Below, piece after piece: positions 52,382 through 62,661 of a stretch of DNA of 64,000 bases. The position numbers were made by a program, and so were the translations under genes. Each line of letters opens with the position of its first letter. Position 1 is the stretch's first letter. Below the pieces are notes generated by a model. That model did no database searches, had not been told where the DNA came from, and worked only from the letters and a program-made list of their open reading frames with translations. The stretch comes from Nitrosopumilus sp. Lineage in GTDB: Archaea; Thermoproteota; Nitrososphaeria; Nitrososphaerales; Nitrosopumilaceae. The DNA is taken from positions 1,792,001 to 1,856,000 of the forward strand of contig OZ240211.1 in the NCBI GenBank assembly GCA_965197525.1. Direction: 5' to 3'.

Positions 52382-54745
52382 GTGAAAATATATCTAGTTA
52401 TGGATCACATTAATGTAGCATTTCCAGAAGAAAAACGTCCCATGATGTATAAGATGATGAAGTGGTGGGGAGGGAAGCCACATAATATTTGGTCAGAGTA
52501 CATAGAACGATATTCAAAGAAAAACGATATTGTTTTGGATCCGTTTTGTGGCCGAGGAGTTGGCGTTATAGAATCTGCAAGACTTGGAAGAAAAGCTATA
52601 GGTGTGGATATGAACCCAATAGCAATTTTTCAAACCAAGATATTATCCTCAAAATTAGATATTGACACCTTCAAATTAGAATGGGACAAGATGAAGCAAA
52701 TATTGGTAGATATTGAAGAGTGTTCTGGATTGTTCCATACAAAATGTATCAAATGTAAACAGAACGCACGACTGGGTACAATGAATCGAGATAATGGAAC
52801 ACCTTATCGAATATTTTACTATTGTAAATGTACTCCAAAGAAAGCATTAAAGAAAGAACCTACATCTGAGGACATTGCGGTGGTTGAAAAATCAGACAAT
52901 ATGGAGATAAAACTTCCATATCCAAAGGACAAATTTCCAAAATCTCAGGCTTTCAAGGTAGCAATAAAGAATTTTGGTGATACGTATGACAAACTTTTCA
53001 CAAGACGCAATTTGTATGCATTGGCAGTAATTTTTGACCAAATTGAAAAAATCAAAGATAAGGACATAAAACAATTCTTTCAGTTCGCATTTATATCCAT
53101 GATTCATCTGGTTACCAAAATTCCAAGTGTACGAGAAAACTCAAACCGTGTAATGTCTGGAAGTTGGGGTCGCCCTGGTTTTCTTAAAATGAAAAAGAAC
53201 ATGGAACTGAACCCATTTATCATATTTGAGAGATCTATAGAGGGTAGGCAGGGTGTGATAAAAGGAAAAATGAACTCAAACAAACGATTGAAAGATGGTA
53301 TAAAATATGCTAAAGAAATGAATGATCTGTCATCCAAAAATAATATATTATTGCTTAATCACAATACCGCAGAGCTAACCAATCTGATTCCTGAAAATAG
53401 CGTTGATTATGTAATTACTGATCCTCCATATGGTGGGTTAATTCCATATTTTGATCTTAGTTCAGTATGGAGTATGTGGTTGAAGTTAACCGACACGTCA
53501 TTTTCAATGCCATTTGATGATGAAATTACAATCGACGATTATAAAGATAAACCGTTTGATGAATATCACAGAATGCTATCATTATGTTTTGGAGAAATCT
53601 ACAAAGTGCTCAAACCTGGAAAATATATGACTGTAACATTTCATAATAAAAAACCGAAAATATTCAACTCAATCTTAAGAGCATGTCAGGATCATGGATT
53701 TGTTCTTGAAAAAATATTATTTCAGATGAATAAAAGAGCTGGAGAGACAGGTGCTTCTAGTCCGTGGGGGACATCAGTCAGTGATTTTTATATTCGATTT
53801 TTCAAACCGAAGGAAAAAGTCCACACATTATCAGAATATCTTCCAACAAAATTTCAAATGATTGTAAAGAATGAAGCAAAAAAAATCATAGCTAATCGTG
53901 GGGAACCAACAGAAATTTCTGCTATGATACCTCACATATACACAGAGATGGGAAAATCAGGAATGCGAATAGATTTTACTGGAGATAAACAAATATCCAC
54001 AATTTTACACGGTGATAGTGACTTTGTAGAAATGCCAAATAAACAATGGTGGTTGTCTACAGATGCGTTACAAAAACACAGGCTTCAAACTCCGTTGTCC
54101 GAACGGGTTGAAATAGCAGTGTTGTCAATTTTGCAGAAAAAATACAAGGTGTCTTTTGACGAAGCCCTGCAATCTATATTTGAACAATTTCCAAACTCAA
54201 TGACGCCAAATACGGAAAGTGTAAACAATTATCTAAAACAATATGCGAAAAAAACATCTGACGGAAAATGGAAGTTGAACCCTGGTTTTGACGAGAATAC
54301 GTTATCTCGAGAACACACTAGAATGGAAGCCATTTTATGTAAACTTGGAAAGCGTTTTGGATACAAGGTGTGGTGTCCAGACCGTAACAAAGACAAAGAA
54401 ATGAATGAGATATGCGAAGAGTTTGATTTAGAAATGATTCATGCGGATAGGATTAAACAAATTGATGTATTGTGGATAAGAGATAATGAAGTAAAGTATG
54501 CATTTGAGGTAGAAAATTCAACAAGCATAACATCAGCTCTTGAAAGATGCTCACATATCACAAATATGGGTGTGAATAAAATTATAGTGATTCCAAAGGA
54601 AAGAGAAACTTTTCTTGCACGAAAGAAGAAAGAACCGATGTTTTTAGATTATTTCCAAAAAGATAACTGGAAAGTGTTATTGTATGATGATCTTGAAAAC
54701 CATGATCGTGGAACTGAACAAGCATTATTACAGCTGGCACAATAA
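52382..54745 (+). CDS. Amino-DNA methyltransferase with Zn ribbon and C-terminal PD-(D/E)xK-like domain (MTase-nuclease fusion)
   Basis: DPFCGRG (motif I), CxxC...CxC, TDPPY (motif IV), IDVLW...AFEVENST. Confidence 0.85.
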   Translation: MKIYLVMDHINVAFPEEKRPMMYKMMKWWGGKPHNIWSEYIERYSKKNDIVLDPFCGRGVGVIESARLGRKAIGVDMNPIAIFQTKILSSKLDIDTFKLEWDKMKQILVDIEECSGLFHTKCIKCKQNARLGTMNRDNGTPYRIFYYCKCTPKKALKKEPTSEDIAVVEKSDNMEIKLPYPKDKFPKSQAFKVAIKNFGDTYDKLFTRRNLYALAVIFDQIEKIKDKDIKQFFQFAFISMIHLVTKIPSVRENSNRVMSGSWGRPGFLKMKKNMELNPFIIFERSIEGRQGVIKGKMNSNKRLKDGIKYAKEMNDLSSKNNILLLNHNTAELTNLIPENSVDYVITDPPYGGLIPYFDLSSVWSMWLKLTDTSFSMPFDDEITIDDYKDKPFDEYHRMLSLCFGEIYKVLKPGKYMTVTFHNKKPKIFNSILRACQDHGFVLEKILFQMNKRAGETGASSPWGTSVSDFYIRFFKPKEKVHTLSEYLPTKFQMIVKNEAKKIIANRGEPTEISAMIPHIYTEMGKSGMRIDFTGDKQISTILHGDSDFVEMPNKQWWLSTDALQKHRLQTPLSERVEIAVLSILQKKYKVSFDEALQSIFEQFPNSMTPNTESVNNYLKQYAKKTSDGKWKLNPGFDENTLSREHTRMEAILCKLGKRFGYKVWCPDRNKDKEMNEICEEFDLEMIHADRIKQIDVLWIRDNEVKYAFEVENSTSITSALERCSHITNMGVNKIIVIPKERETFLARKKKEPMFLDYFQKDNWKVLLYDDLENHDRGTEQALLQLAQ

Positions 54746-55582
54746 TCAGATTTTTCTAAAATTTAAAAGATATTGGTGTACATGATTTATTTTGAAAGCA
54801 TATGGGTATCCAAAAGGGTACAAAGGTTTGCTGTCCTGAATAAGTACAATATTGCCAACAAACTCAAAGCCTATGTCCTGCATGAGTTGTATCATATCTC
54901 CATGTGCGTTGATCTCTTTCTTGTTTACTGTGAAATCGCTGATTACTATGGTACAATATTTTTTCTGCTTGAGTTTCTTATACAATTGAATCATTATTTT
55001 TTTGACTGATGTAAGATACGAGTTGTATGTTTTCTTATTTCCTACATCATTGGCGTCATCAGAATAATATTCAACTCCTTGTCTCGTCTGGCTACCGTCA
55101 TGTCTTATTCCTAATCCCTTGTTTTTCAATATGTTGTGATATGGAGGGGATGTAACGCAATAATCAATCATATCTAATTTTTTAATAACTTGTAAAGAAT
55201 CATCATTGATTATGGTGTAATCTTTTTTCATTATTTTGGCCTTGCGAAGTCTCTTTCTTGCAAGTTTACAATAATCCTTATTCAATTCAATACCTATACC
55301 AAAACGATTAGTCATACCAGCCGATAATATTGTAGTTCCACTCCCCATAAACATGTCTAGAACACGATCATTTTCCTTTGTAAATAGCTGAATTAGTCGT
55401 TTAATATCCTCCGTTAAAAATGGGGCTGGATGTTCAAAGGCATCTTTATCTAGAACGTTTTTTTTACTCGTCCAGACACTTTTTGATAACCGTAACCATT
55501 CCTTCCCTGTAAGATTATTGACTTTGTTTCTCTTATCATAGATCCCTCGCTCTCCTTTGTCTATCTTTGATATTATGGACAT
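54746..55582 (-). CDS. N4/N6 amino-DNA methyltransferase
   Basis: HPAPF, LDMFMGSGTT, TSPPY. Confidence 0.92.
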   Translation of the reverse strand: MSIISKIDKGERGIYDKRNKVNNLTGKEWLRLSKSVWTSKKNVLDKDAFEHPAPFLTEDIKRLIQLFTKENDRVLDMFMGSGTTILSAGMTNRFGIGIELNKDYCKLARKRLRKAKIMKKDYTIINDDSLQVIKKLDMIDYCVTSPPYHNILKNKGLGIRHDGSQTRQGVEYYSDDANDVGNKKTYNSYLTSVKKIMIQLYKKLKQKKYCTIVISDFTVNKKEINAHGDMIQLMQDIGFEFVGNIVLIQDSKPLYPFGYPYAFKINHVHQYLLNFRKI

Positions 55583-55765
55583 CTACTCTACACTACCTTT
55601 TCTTTTTACTTTATCTAAAAACATATTATTGTTTTCAAGCCAGTATATGACTCTTGTAATATTTGTGGGATTTGTTACATATTTTCCGATCAAACCATCT
55701 ATGATTTTTATATGGGTTTTAGTAAAAGATGAATAAATTTTCTCATTATATTGTGTTGTTTTCAT
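55583..55765 (-). CDS. Small ribbon-helix-helix-like protein, possible regulator
   Basis: 60 aa; stop abuts the MTase start; strand-helix-helix pattern. Confidence 0.5.
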   Translation of the reverse strand: MKTTQYNEKIYSSFTKTHIKIIDGLIGKYVTNPTNITRVIYWLENNNMFLDKVKRKGSVE

Positions 55766-56588
55766 ATTTACTCATAAGTAGATCTATTATTAAAAGACTG
55801 ATTAACAACGATTCGTAAGGATTTAAGACCGTACCTGAATGTTTACCTTTGGTCATACTTAATTCCACAATCTACGTACATGGATCACGGATTCAACACA
55901 AACAATATGGGTACGTCTGGTACAATCCTTCCATACAATGAGTTGCAAACATGGTAGATCAATTTAAAATTTATCAGACAAAACAGTGAACGAATACACA
56001 AATAAATTGAAACAATCCGATTCTGAAATTGATCTATTAAGCATAAACACTTGATATAGGTATTTTTCCCATTACTGTGTTTGAGGTAAAATTTGGCATC
56101 CAATATTCTTCAAAACAAGGATTATTTTTCCAATAACGCTTTTTTGTTTTTTATCATCAAAAGGAATTGTTATATTGAAGATGTTGGGTTTTACTTGTGA
56201 ATAATATTTTGTACACAGTAGCTGGCCTTTGTCTCTACCTTAATCATGATTCTAAATCTGGTTTTTACATCAGTTTGTCTATTCTTCTTTACTGAATATC
56301 TTTTGCTAGATGAATAATTTGAATAATTCCTTTAATCCATCTAGTATCAGAGCCAGTATTAATTATTATTTTTAACTATTATTTAATTTAATTTTTAATT
56401 AATCTTTGATTGTCATAATCACACATTACAGATCTTTAAATAAACATCTTGCTGAAAACTAAGAAAACATTCTAAGGTTGAGCAAAGCAAAATAATAAAC
56501 TATGTTGCATTTGGACTGAATAAATAATATAATCGTGTTTCTGATATCAAAAAATTCTATAATTTTTTATTTAAATACATGATATATT

Positions 56589-57542
56589 TTATTTAGAATT
56601 ATTTATCAGCAGATCAGGCTCAAATTTGATATAGTGTTCCAATCTTTCACTCACTGTCAATCTGTCATACATAAGCAAATCTCTTGACTGTTCCTGTCCT
56701 GCAAAATATTTTGCAAGATTTGGATCGTGGCGTGAGATCTTGGTAATAAAAAATGCCCTAAAACTATGTGTTGTTATCTTGTGATGTCCTGATTCATATT
56801 TCTGATCAAGTCCTGCTCTCTCTAGATACTTTGTTAGCATCAATTCGTAATGATTACATATGTTTACAGGATTTGCACCTCCTCGGAAAAAGACTCTATC
56901 ACTATCATCTATTCTTCTCAGAATAGGTATCAGCAATGGTCTCACCTCTTTGCTAAAAAAAGTCACCCTTGACTTCTTTGTTTTTGTAATGCTGGCAGGA
57001 ACATTTACCATAATTCTCTCCTGAGTGGTATCTAGGTCTTTTTTGCGCAATTGTAGTAATTCTCCTCTTCTTAGTCCACTTGATGACTGTGCCAATATCT
57101 TGATTGCATTGTTCTTGTTACTTACTGCCAATATTCTCGTCATCTCTTCTCTTGAAAGTGGGTGTCTCTCTTCCTTAATCCTGTGAGGAAAATTCAACTG
57201 CTCTACCACATCCTCTTTTGCGATCTTTATTCCATGATATCTGAGATATGCTTTAAGATGTGAAAACAGTGTAGGGATGCTATTTGCATATATTCTATTA
57301 CTATTCCAATTTATCCAGTCTTGTAGAGAATCATAGACCAGTTCCATCTCGACTTTACGATATTCTTTTATTGTATCATCTACCGTCCTGTTATACCTCT
57401 TACTGCAGAATAACTCAAAATTCCTTATAGATGACTGGGATGCCTTTTGTGTATTGATCGCTTTTGTGCGTATTTTTTCCTCAAAACTCACTCGATCTCT
57501 GGTTTTCTGTAAAAAGGTAGACATATATCTAATATCTACCAT
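56589..57542 (-). CDS. int: Tyrosine recombinase/integrase
   Basis: SSGLRRGELLQL (R), TKTKK (K), HSFRAFF (HxxR), LLMYDR (Y); starts 19 bp from attR. Confidence 0.93.
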   Translation of the reverse strand: MVDIRYMSTFLQKTRDRVSFEEKIRTKAINTQKASQSSIRNFELFCSKRYNRTVDDTIKEYRKVEMELVYDSLQDWINWNSNRIYANSIPTLFSHLKAYLRYHGIKIAKEDVVEQLNFPHRIKEERHPLSREEMTRILAVSNKNNAIKILAQSSSGLRRGELLQLRKKDLDTTQERIMVNVPASITKTKKSRVTFFSKEVRPLLIPILRRIDDSDRVFFRGGANPVNICNHYELMLTKYLERAGLDQKYESGHHKITTHSFRAFFITKISRHDPNLAKYFAGQEQSRDLLMYDRLTVSERLEHYIKFEPDLLINNSK

Positions 57543-57560
57543 TCTCTCTTAAAAGTGTGC

Positions 57561-57583
57561 CTAAAACGATTGAATTATATACA
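57561..57583 (+). repeat. attR-like 23-bp direct repeat
   Basis: CTAAAACGATTGAATTATATACA, identical to 32255-32277. Confidence 0.92.
57575..57581 (+). promoter_or_regulatory. Probable TATA box of the nuo operon, inside the att core
   Basis: TTATATA about 25 nt upstream of in-frame TTG at 57606. Confidence 0.55.
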
Positions 57584-57605
57584 AAAATCAGGGTCAAAAG
57601 CTAAA

Positions 57606-57980
57606 TTGGTCGGAGAATTAGCGGGCAATTATAGTACCGTGGTCTTGATGTTTGGATTTGCAATGGCAGCTATGGCTCCAGCGTTACTTATTTCAAGAAT
57701 GATCTCTCCGCGTAAAAGAAGTAATCCTGTCAAATTTTTACCGATGGAATGCGGTCAAGTTCCGACAGGAGAAGGTAGGACTCATTTTATGATGCAGTAC
57801 TATCCGTACATCTTGATGTTTGTTGTATTTGACGTTATGGCAATATTTTTGTATGCATGGGGAAGTGCACTTTTAGAAATTCCTAAATCTGCAACACTTC
57901 CAATGATCGGATTTTTAGGAATTACGTTTGGGGCAATGGCCTTTGCACTATATCAATCAGGGAGAAGAAGAATATGGTAG
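57606..57980 (+). CDS. nuoA: Complex I subunit A
   Basis: MECG, YILMFVVFDV; start uncertain (57606-57648). Confidence 0.93.
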   Translation: MVGELAGNYSTVVLMFGFAMAAMAPALLISRMISPRKRSNPVKFLPMECGQVPTGEGRTHFMMQYYPYILMFVVFDVMAIFLYAWGSALLEIPKSATLPMIGFLGITFGAMAFALYQSGRRRIW

Positions 57981-58008
57981 TTTTTTATAGATATAACATC
58001 TATGAGGA

Positions 58009-58545
58009 ATGGGGATAAAATTGCTAAAAGACTTGGTAACACCAGAGAACGCGAATGTTTTTGTAGGCAAGTTAGGTGATATTTTAGAAAAAGCAATTGA
58101 TAAACCATTGGGCTATGCCATTAATTGGGGTAGAATTTGGTCGCTCTGGCCTGTACACATTGAAACAGCTTGTTGTAGTGTTGAATTTGGTGCAGCATCT
58201 AGTCCTAGATACGATGTTGAAAGATTTGGTATCATTGAAGCGTTTGGTTCGTTAAGACAATGCGATTTAGTAGTTGTTCAAGGAACCATTACAAGAAAGA
58301 TGGCACCACGTCTAAGGTTAGTTTATGATCAGATGCCAGAACCCAAATACGTCATTGCTATGGGTGCCTGTGCAATTACTGGGGGGCTGTATTTTGATTC
58401 ATATAATGTACTTCCAGGAATTGACGGAGTTATTCCAGTTGATGTGTATGTTCCAGGTTGTCCACCTAGACCTGAAACTCTTATCCAAGGATGTATGCTA
58501 CTGCAGGAAAAAATTAAGAGAATGAAGGCTAGGAAGTTTGTATAA
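58009..58545 (+). CDS. nuoB: Complex I subunit B
   Basis: TACCSVE, AMGACA, VPGCPPRPE. Confidence 0.97.
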   Translation: MGIKLLKDLVTPENANVFVGKLGDILEKAIDKPLGYAINWGRIWSLWPVHIETACCSVEFGAASSPRYDVERFGIIEAFGSLRQCDLVVVQGTITRKMAPRLRLVYDQMPEPKYVIAMGACAITGGLYFDSYNVLPGIDGVIPVDVYVPGCPPRPETLIQGCMLLQEKIKRMKARKFV

Positions 58546-59219
58546 TGAGTTCTGATTCTAAACCTGTTTCGCCTGATGAAAAACCTGCAGCTAAACCCGC
58601 AGCCAAACCAGAACCAAAACCTGCAGCTAAACCCGCAGCCAAACCAGAACCAAAACCTGCAGCTAAACCCGCACCAAAGCCTGTAGCTAAACCCGCAACC
58701 AAACTAGAACCAAAACCTGCAGACGTCCCTGCGTTTGAAAAGAGCATTTCTGATAAAATTGTTGAAAAATTTGGTGAAAAAACCAAAGTCGCATTTGTAA
58801 AACCAGATAGGGTTAGAATAGATGTTAACAGAGACGATATTCATGATGTAGCTGAGTTTATCCGTGACGGTCTAAACTACGATCACGTCGAATCAGTATC
58901 AGGCGTTGATTACCCTCAAGATAACGAGATCGAGGTAGTTTATCATATAGGGTCTTATTCTGATGATTCATTGGCAAGGCAGATTCTGGTATTAGCTACC
59001 AGGGCACAACGAGAGACAAATCCAATTCCTGGAAACGATGCTACAGTACTACCAACTCTAAGAGATATATTTTACAGTGTAGAATTTCATGAAAGGGAAG
59101 TCTTTGAGATGTTTGGTGTCTACTTTAGTGATCATCCGGATAATAGGCGACTACTATTACCTGAGGACTGGGCAGACCTGCCTCCACTTCGAAAGGACTT
59201 TGCAATAAAAGGAAGATAA
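58545..59219 (+). CDS. nuoC: Complex I subunit C with Pro/Lys/Ala-rich repeat N-terminus
   Basis: GVDYP, EREVFEMFG, PLRKDF. Confidence 0.95.
   Translation: MSSDSKPVSPDEKPAAKPAAKPEPKPAAKPAAKPEPKPAAKPAPKPVAKPATKLEPKPADVPAFEKSISDKIVEKFGEKTKVAFVKPDRVRIDVNRDDIHDVAEFIRDGLNYDHVESVSGVDYPQDNEIEVVYHIGSYSDDSLARQILVLATRAQRETNPIPGNDATVLPTLRDIFYSVEFHEREVFEMFGVYFSDHPDNRRLLLPEDWADLPPLRKDFAIKGR
58581..58720 (+). repeat. 36-bp tandem repeat (KPAAKPAAKPEP) in nuoC
   Basis: Two exact units from 58581, then degenerate units. Confidence 0.9.
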
Positions 59220-59224
59220 TACCG

Positions 59225-60361
59225 ATGACTGTAGAATTACCACCAGGACTAGCACTCCAAAAAGTTGACGAGAGAATAATGACTCTCAATGTTGGGCCTC
59301 AACATCCTGGCTCAGGACATATGCGAATTATCGTACAAATTGACGGTGATTACATTGTTGCATGCGATCCTGATCCGGGATACGTTCATCGTGGCGAAGA
59401 AAAGATGGCAGAGTATAGAAACTATATCACCAACATTCCTCATTTGGAGAGACCTGTAATTCATGACTCGTGTAATATATTGTATCCTTATGTATTGGGA
59501 GTTGAGGAATTGCTTGGGATTGAAGTTCCTGAACGCGCAAAGTATGTACGCGTAATTTCATCTGAACTAAACAGATGTATTTACACCATGTACTGGCTTG
59601 CAATTTACGGAATCTTTTTGGGCCATTCTACAATGTTTATGTGGCCTGCAGGTGACCGTGAACTACTCATCGATTTGATGGAAAAGATGACAGGCGCACG
59701 AGTTACACACGCACATTTCGTTCCAGGTGGCGTTAGAAACGATCTTCCTCCAAACTTTGAAGAAGTGTGTCTGCGACAAGTTAACTATTTTGAGAAGCGT
59801 ATTAAAGAATACGCTGCAATATTTTATGATAATCCAATTCTAATCTCTAGAACTCGAGATACTGGAGTCCTGTCGCGTCATGATGCAATCCGACTTGGAA
59901 CAACCGGTTCGGTATTACGCGCTAGTGGCGTTGATTATGATCTTCGATTGAAGGAACCATATGACGTCTACGAAGAATTAGATGTACACACTAATGTTAT
60001 GAAAGAAGGTGACTCTTATGCGAGATCTAGGGTACCATGGCTTGACATGTTGGACAGTTGTAAAATAATTCGTCAAGCCTTACAAAAAATGCCAAAATCA
60101 GGATCCGTTAGGGTAAAGTTAAAGCCAAATCCAAAAGGGAAGGGACTTGACTCTGTTTACAAACGTGTAGAATCCGGACGCGGTTCTTTAGGTTGCTATA
60201 TTGTATCTGATGGAAAACCTGAACCATATAGGGTAAAACTAAGTGTTGGTTCTTTTAGAAATCTGATTGCGTTACCATATCTTCTCAAAGGTGAAAAACT
60301 TGGGAATATGCCGTCAGTTTACTGGAGTCTAAATTATTGGCCTGTGGAGGCGGATAGATAA
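59225..60361 (+). CDS. nuoD: Complex I subunit D
   Basis: GPQHPGSG, GYVHRGEEK, GARVTH, PGGVRND. Confidence 0.97.
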   Translation: MTVELPPGLALQKVDERIMTLNVGPQHPGSGHMRIIVQIDGDYIVACDPDPGYVHRGEEKMAEYRNYITNIPHLERPVIHDSCNILYPYVLGVEELLGIEVPERAKYVRVISSELNRCIYTMYWLAIYGIFLGHSTMFMWPAGDRELLIDLMEKMTGARVTHAHFVPGGVRNDLPPNFEEVCLRQVNYFEKRIKEYAAIFYDNPILISRTRDTGVLSRHDAIRLGTTGSVLRASGVDYDLRLKEPYDVYEELDVHTNVMKEGDSYARSRVPWLDMLDSCKIIRQALQKMPKSGSVRVKLKPNPKGKGLDSVYKRVESGRGSLGCYIVSDGKPEPYRVKLSVGSFRNLIALPYLLKGEKLGNMPSVYWSLNYWPVEADR

Positions 60362-61659
60362 TGTCTGTCATCGCACCAAATTTCAAATTAAGTGAATTCA
60401 TTAAATCGTTAATTGATAACCTATTTTGGATTTTATTGCTGATGGTTATCATCGGTCTTCCAGCTGTCTTTATGGTTCTGTTTGTTATAGAGATGCCTGT
60501 AATTGATGGTGAATTACTGACTCCTTTTCTTGCATTGACATGGCTTGCTGACCCGTCGCGTCTCTTGCCTATCGTGCATGCATTTATGGCAACTGATATA
60601 TTTCGAGTTGTGGTATTCCCAGGATTTGGATTTGCCGCATTGCTTGCAGCAGGTACCATATTTGTAGAGCGAAAGATGCTTGCAAAATTACAGTTACGAG
60701 TTGGTCCATTTTATTGTGGCAAGGTAGAGGGCATACTGCAACTCATGGGCGATGGACTCAAGCTCATATCAAAAGAGATTATTATTCCTGCAAAAGCTGA
60801 CAAACCGATATTCTGGGCAGCACCAGTGCTGTTTGTGGCAACAGCTGCTGCATTTGTTGCATTCATTCCAGTTGCCCCGGGATGGGTCGTTGCAGATGTT
60901 GATATGGGACTGTTAGGCGTATTTGCAGTTATCGGATTCTTCCCAATCATTACCATTTTATCTGCATGGTCTGCTAATAGCAAGTTCCCATTCATTGGTG
61001 GAATCAGGGCACTATTCCAAATGGTCTCATTTGAGATTCCGTTGATTTTATCTTTGTTGGGCGTAGTTATGTTGACTGGCACCCTGAATCTATCTGAGAT
61101 TGCAGCCAGTCAGTCAAGCTTTCCATGGATAGTATTCCTTCCTGTTGGGGCTATCGTATTCTTTATTACCATGCTTGCAGAGCTTGAGAGAATTCCATTT
61201 GATCTGCCAGAGGCAGAAAGTGAGATTGTAGCCGGATGGTTAACTGAGCTATCTGGTATGATGTATGGCCTTGTTCAGTTGGGTACCTATCTGAAACTTT
61301 ATGCATTTGCAGCATTGTTTGTTGTGTTGTTCCTTGGGGGCTGGCATGGTCCTATGGTGGTACCTCCATTCCCTGCAGAGCTAATCACAGAAGGTATCGA
61401 GTTGGGTCCTGTTACTGCAAATATTCCTGGGCTTCCACTGTTCACTCAAGAGATGCTTAACGGCGCACTTTGGTTTGTCCTAAAGACGGTAGCTGTTATA
61501 TTCTTTATATTACTCCCAAGAGGCGTATTTCCAAGAATTCGAGTTGATATGCTATTGAGTCTTGGATGGAGCAAACTAATTGGGCTGGCCTTTGTTAACA
61601 TCTTTATTGCACTAGGATTGCTTTATGCTGGAGTGCTCGGATCGGGAGGATTACAATAA
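60361..61659 (+). CDS. nuoH: Complex I subunit H
   Basis: ERKMLAKLQLRVGP, DGLKLISKE, RIPFDLPEAESE. Confidence 0.97.
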   Translation: MSVIAPNFKLSEFIKSLIDNLFWILLLMVIIGLPAVFMVLFVIEMPVIDGELLTPFLALTWLADPSRLLPIVHAFMATDIFRVVVFPGFGFAALLAAGTIFVERKMLAKLQLRVGPFYCGKVEGILQLMGDGLKLISKEIIIPAKADKPIFWAAPVLFVATAAAFVAFIPVAPGWVVADVDMGLLGVFAVIGFFPIITILSAWSANSKFPFIGGIRALFQMVSFEIPLILSLLGVVMLTGTLNLSEIAASQSSFPWIVFLPVGAIVFFITMLAELERIPFDLPEAESEIVAGWLTELSGMMYGLVQLGTYLKLYAFAALFVVLFLGGWHGPMVVPPFPAELITEGIELGPVTANIPGLPLFTQEMLNGALWFVLKTVAVIFFILLPRGVFPRIRVDMLLSLGWSKLIGLAFVNIFIALGLLYAGVLGSGGLQ

Positions 61660-62156
61660 TGGGAACTGCTACTGGTATTATCCGTGCCCTAAATTCTGGA
61701 ATTAAACATATTGCCACTAAGCGATTTACGCTTCGTTATCCTGAGGAGAAACTAAAGTTTGTCGGTGACGGATACCAGTTTGATCCCTCTACTGGTGTTG
61801 GAATTGCAGGTCTCAAGGGCCGTCACATGTTGTTTCATGATCATTGTACCGGCTGTCAGCTGTGCTCCATTGCATGTGAGGGCGTGGCAGAAGCCATTGG
61901 AATGGTAAAAGTTCCAGAAGAACACAAGCAGAACAAAAAGGCCATTATGCCTCAGATTGACTATGGAAAATGCGTGTTTTGCGGTCTCTGCGTTGATGCA
62001 TGTCCTTTTTACGCACTTTACATGACTAATGATTACGAACTATCTTCCTTTTCAAAAGAGGGTTTGATTTACACTCCTGCTCAACTGGCTGTAAAACCAT
62101 ATGTTGCACAAGACAGTGAGATTCAGATATCTGATAGAGGTGCAACGCATGGCTGA
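61659..62156 (+). CDS. nuoI: Complex I subunit I
   Basis: CTGCQLCSIAC and CVFCGLCVDACP. Confidence 0.96.
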   Translation: MGTATGIIRALNSGIKHIATKRFTLRYPEEKLKFVGDGYQFDPSTGVGIAGLKGRHMLFHDHCTGCQLCSIACEGVAEAIGMVKVPEEHKQNKKAIMPQIDYGKCVFCGLCVDACPFYALYMTNDYELSSFSKEGLIYTPAQLAVKPYVAQDSEIQISDRGATHG

Positions 62157-62661
62157 TGCTGTATTTCTTGGACTGGCAGTCATTACAATTGGCTCTGCAA
62201 TTGCAGCATTGGAGCTACGCTCATTAATCTATGGTTCAATTGCCCTGATGGGTGTTTTGGGCGGTATTGCCGGATTCTTCTTTTTACTTGATGCACCATT
62301 TGTTGCCTTGTTCCAGATAGCAGTGTACGTTGGCTCTATCGCTGTTTTAATCTTGTTTACTGTAATGCTTGTAAAGCGGGAGTTAATCTTTAAAAAGATC
62401 GAAGACAAGAGACGAAAGTTTGCAGGAATCGGATTGATGCTTGTAGTTATGGTGTCACTGGGTGCCGTCTTTTTGGATTCTGGAATTAAAACTATAACTA
62501 CTGATGAACCCCCTGTTGATTTTAGAGCTATTGGTGCTGACTTTGTAACATATTATTGGCCTGCACTAATACTGATGGGGTTGATACTTGCAGGTTCTGT
62601 TACAGGCGCACTAGTTTTGGCTAAACGTGAGGATTTGGAGAATGACAAGCGAACTAGTTGA
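62149..62661 (+). CDS. nuoJ: Complex I subunit J
   Basis: QIAVYVGSIAVLILF; start moved to ATG 62149. Confidence 0.93.
   Translation: MADAVFLGLAVITIGSAIAALELRSLIYGSIALMGVLGGIAGFFFLLDAPFVALFQIAVYVGSIAVLILFTVMLVKRELIFKKIEDKRRKFAGIGLMLVVMVSLGAVFLDSGIKTITTDEPPVDFRAIGADFVTYYWPALILMGLILAGSVTGALVLAKREDLENDKRTS

Larger units (their letters stand above)
32255..57583. mobile_element. 25.3-kb integrative element / defence island
   Basis: Perfect 23-bp terminal direct repeats, terminal tyrosine integrase, AT-rich accessory cargo between peroxiredoxin and nuoA. Confidence 0.9.

Noticed and set aside
55790-56580. Possible small ORFs upstream of the MTase and downstream of the integrase
   Set aside because: Very AT-rich with many stops and no recognisable motif; likely decayed DNA
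32255-57583. Provirus or conjugative ICE
   Set aside because: No recognisable capsid, packaging, primase/MCM, VirB4/VirD4 or relaxase genes
57555-57605. Long N-terminal extension of NuoA from the ORF track (MCLKRLNY...)
   Set aside because: It runs through the att/TATA sequence; a downstream start fits promoter spacing better
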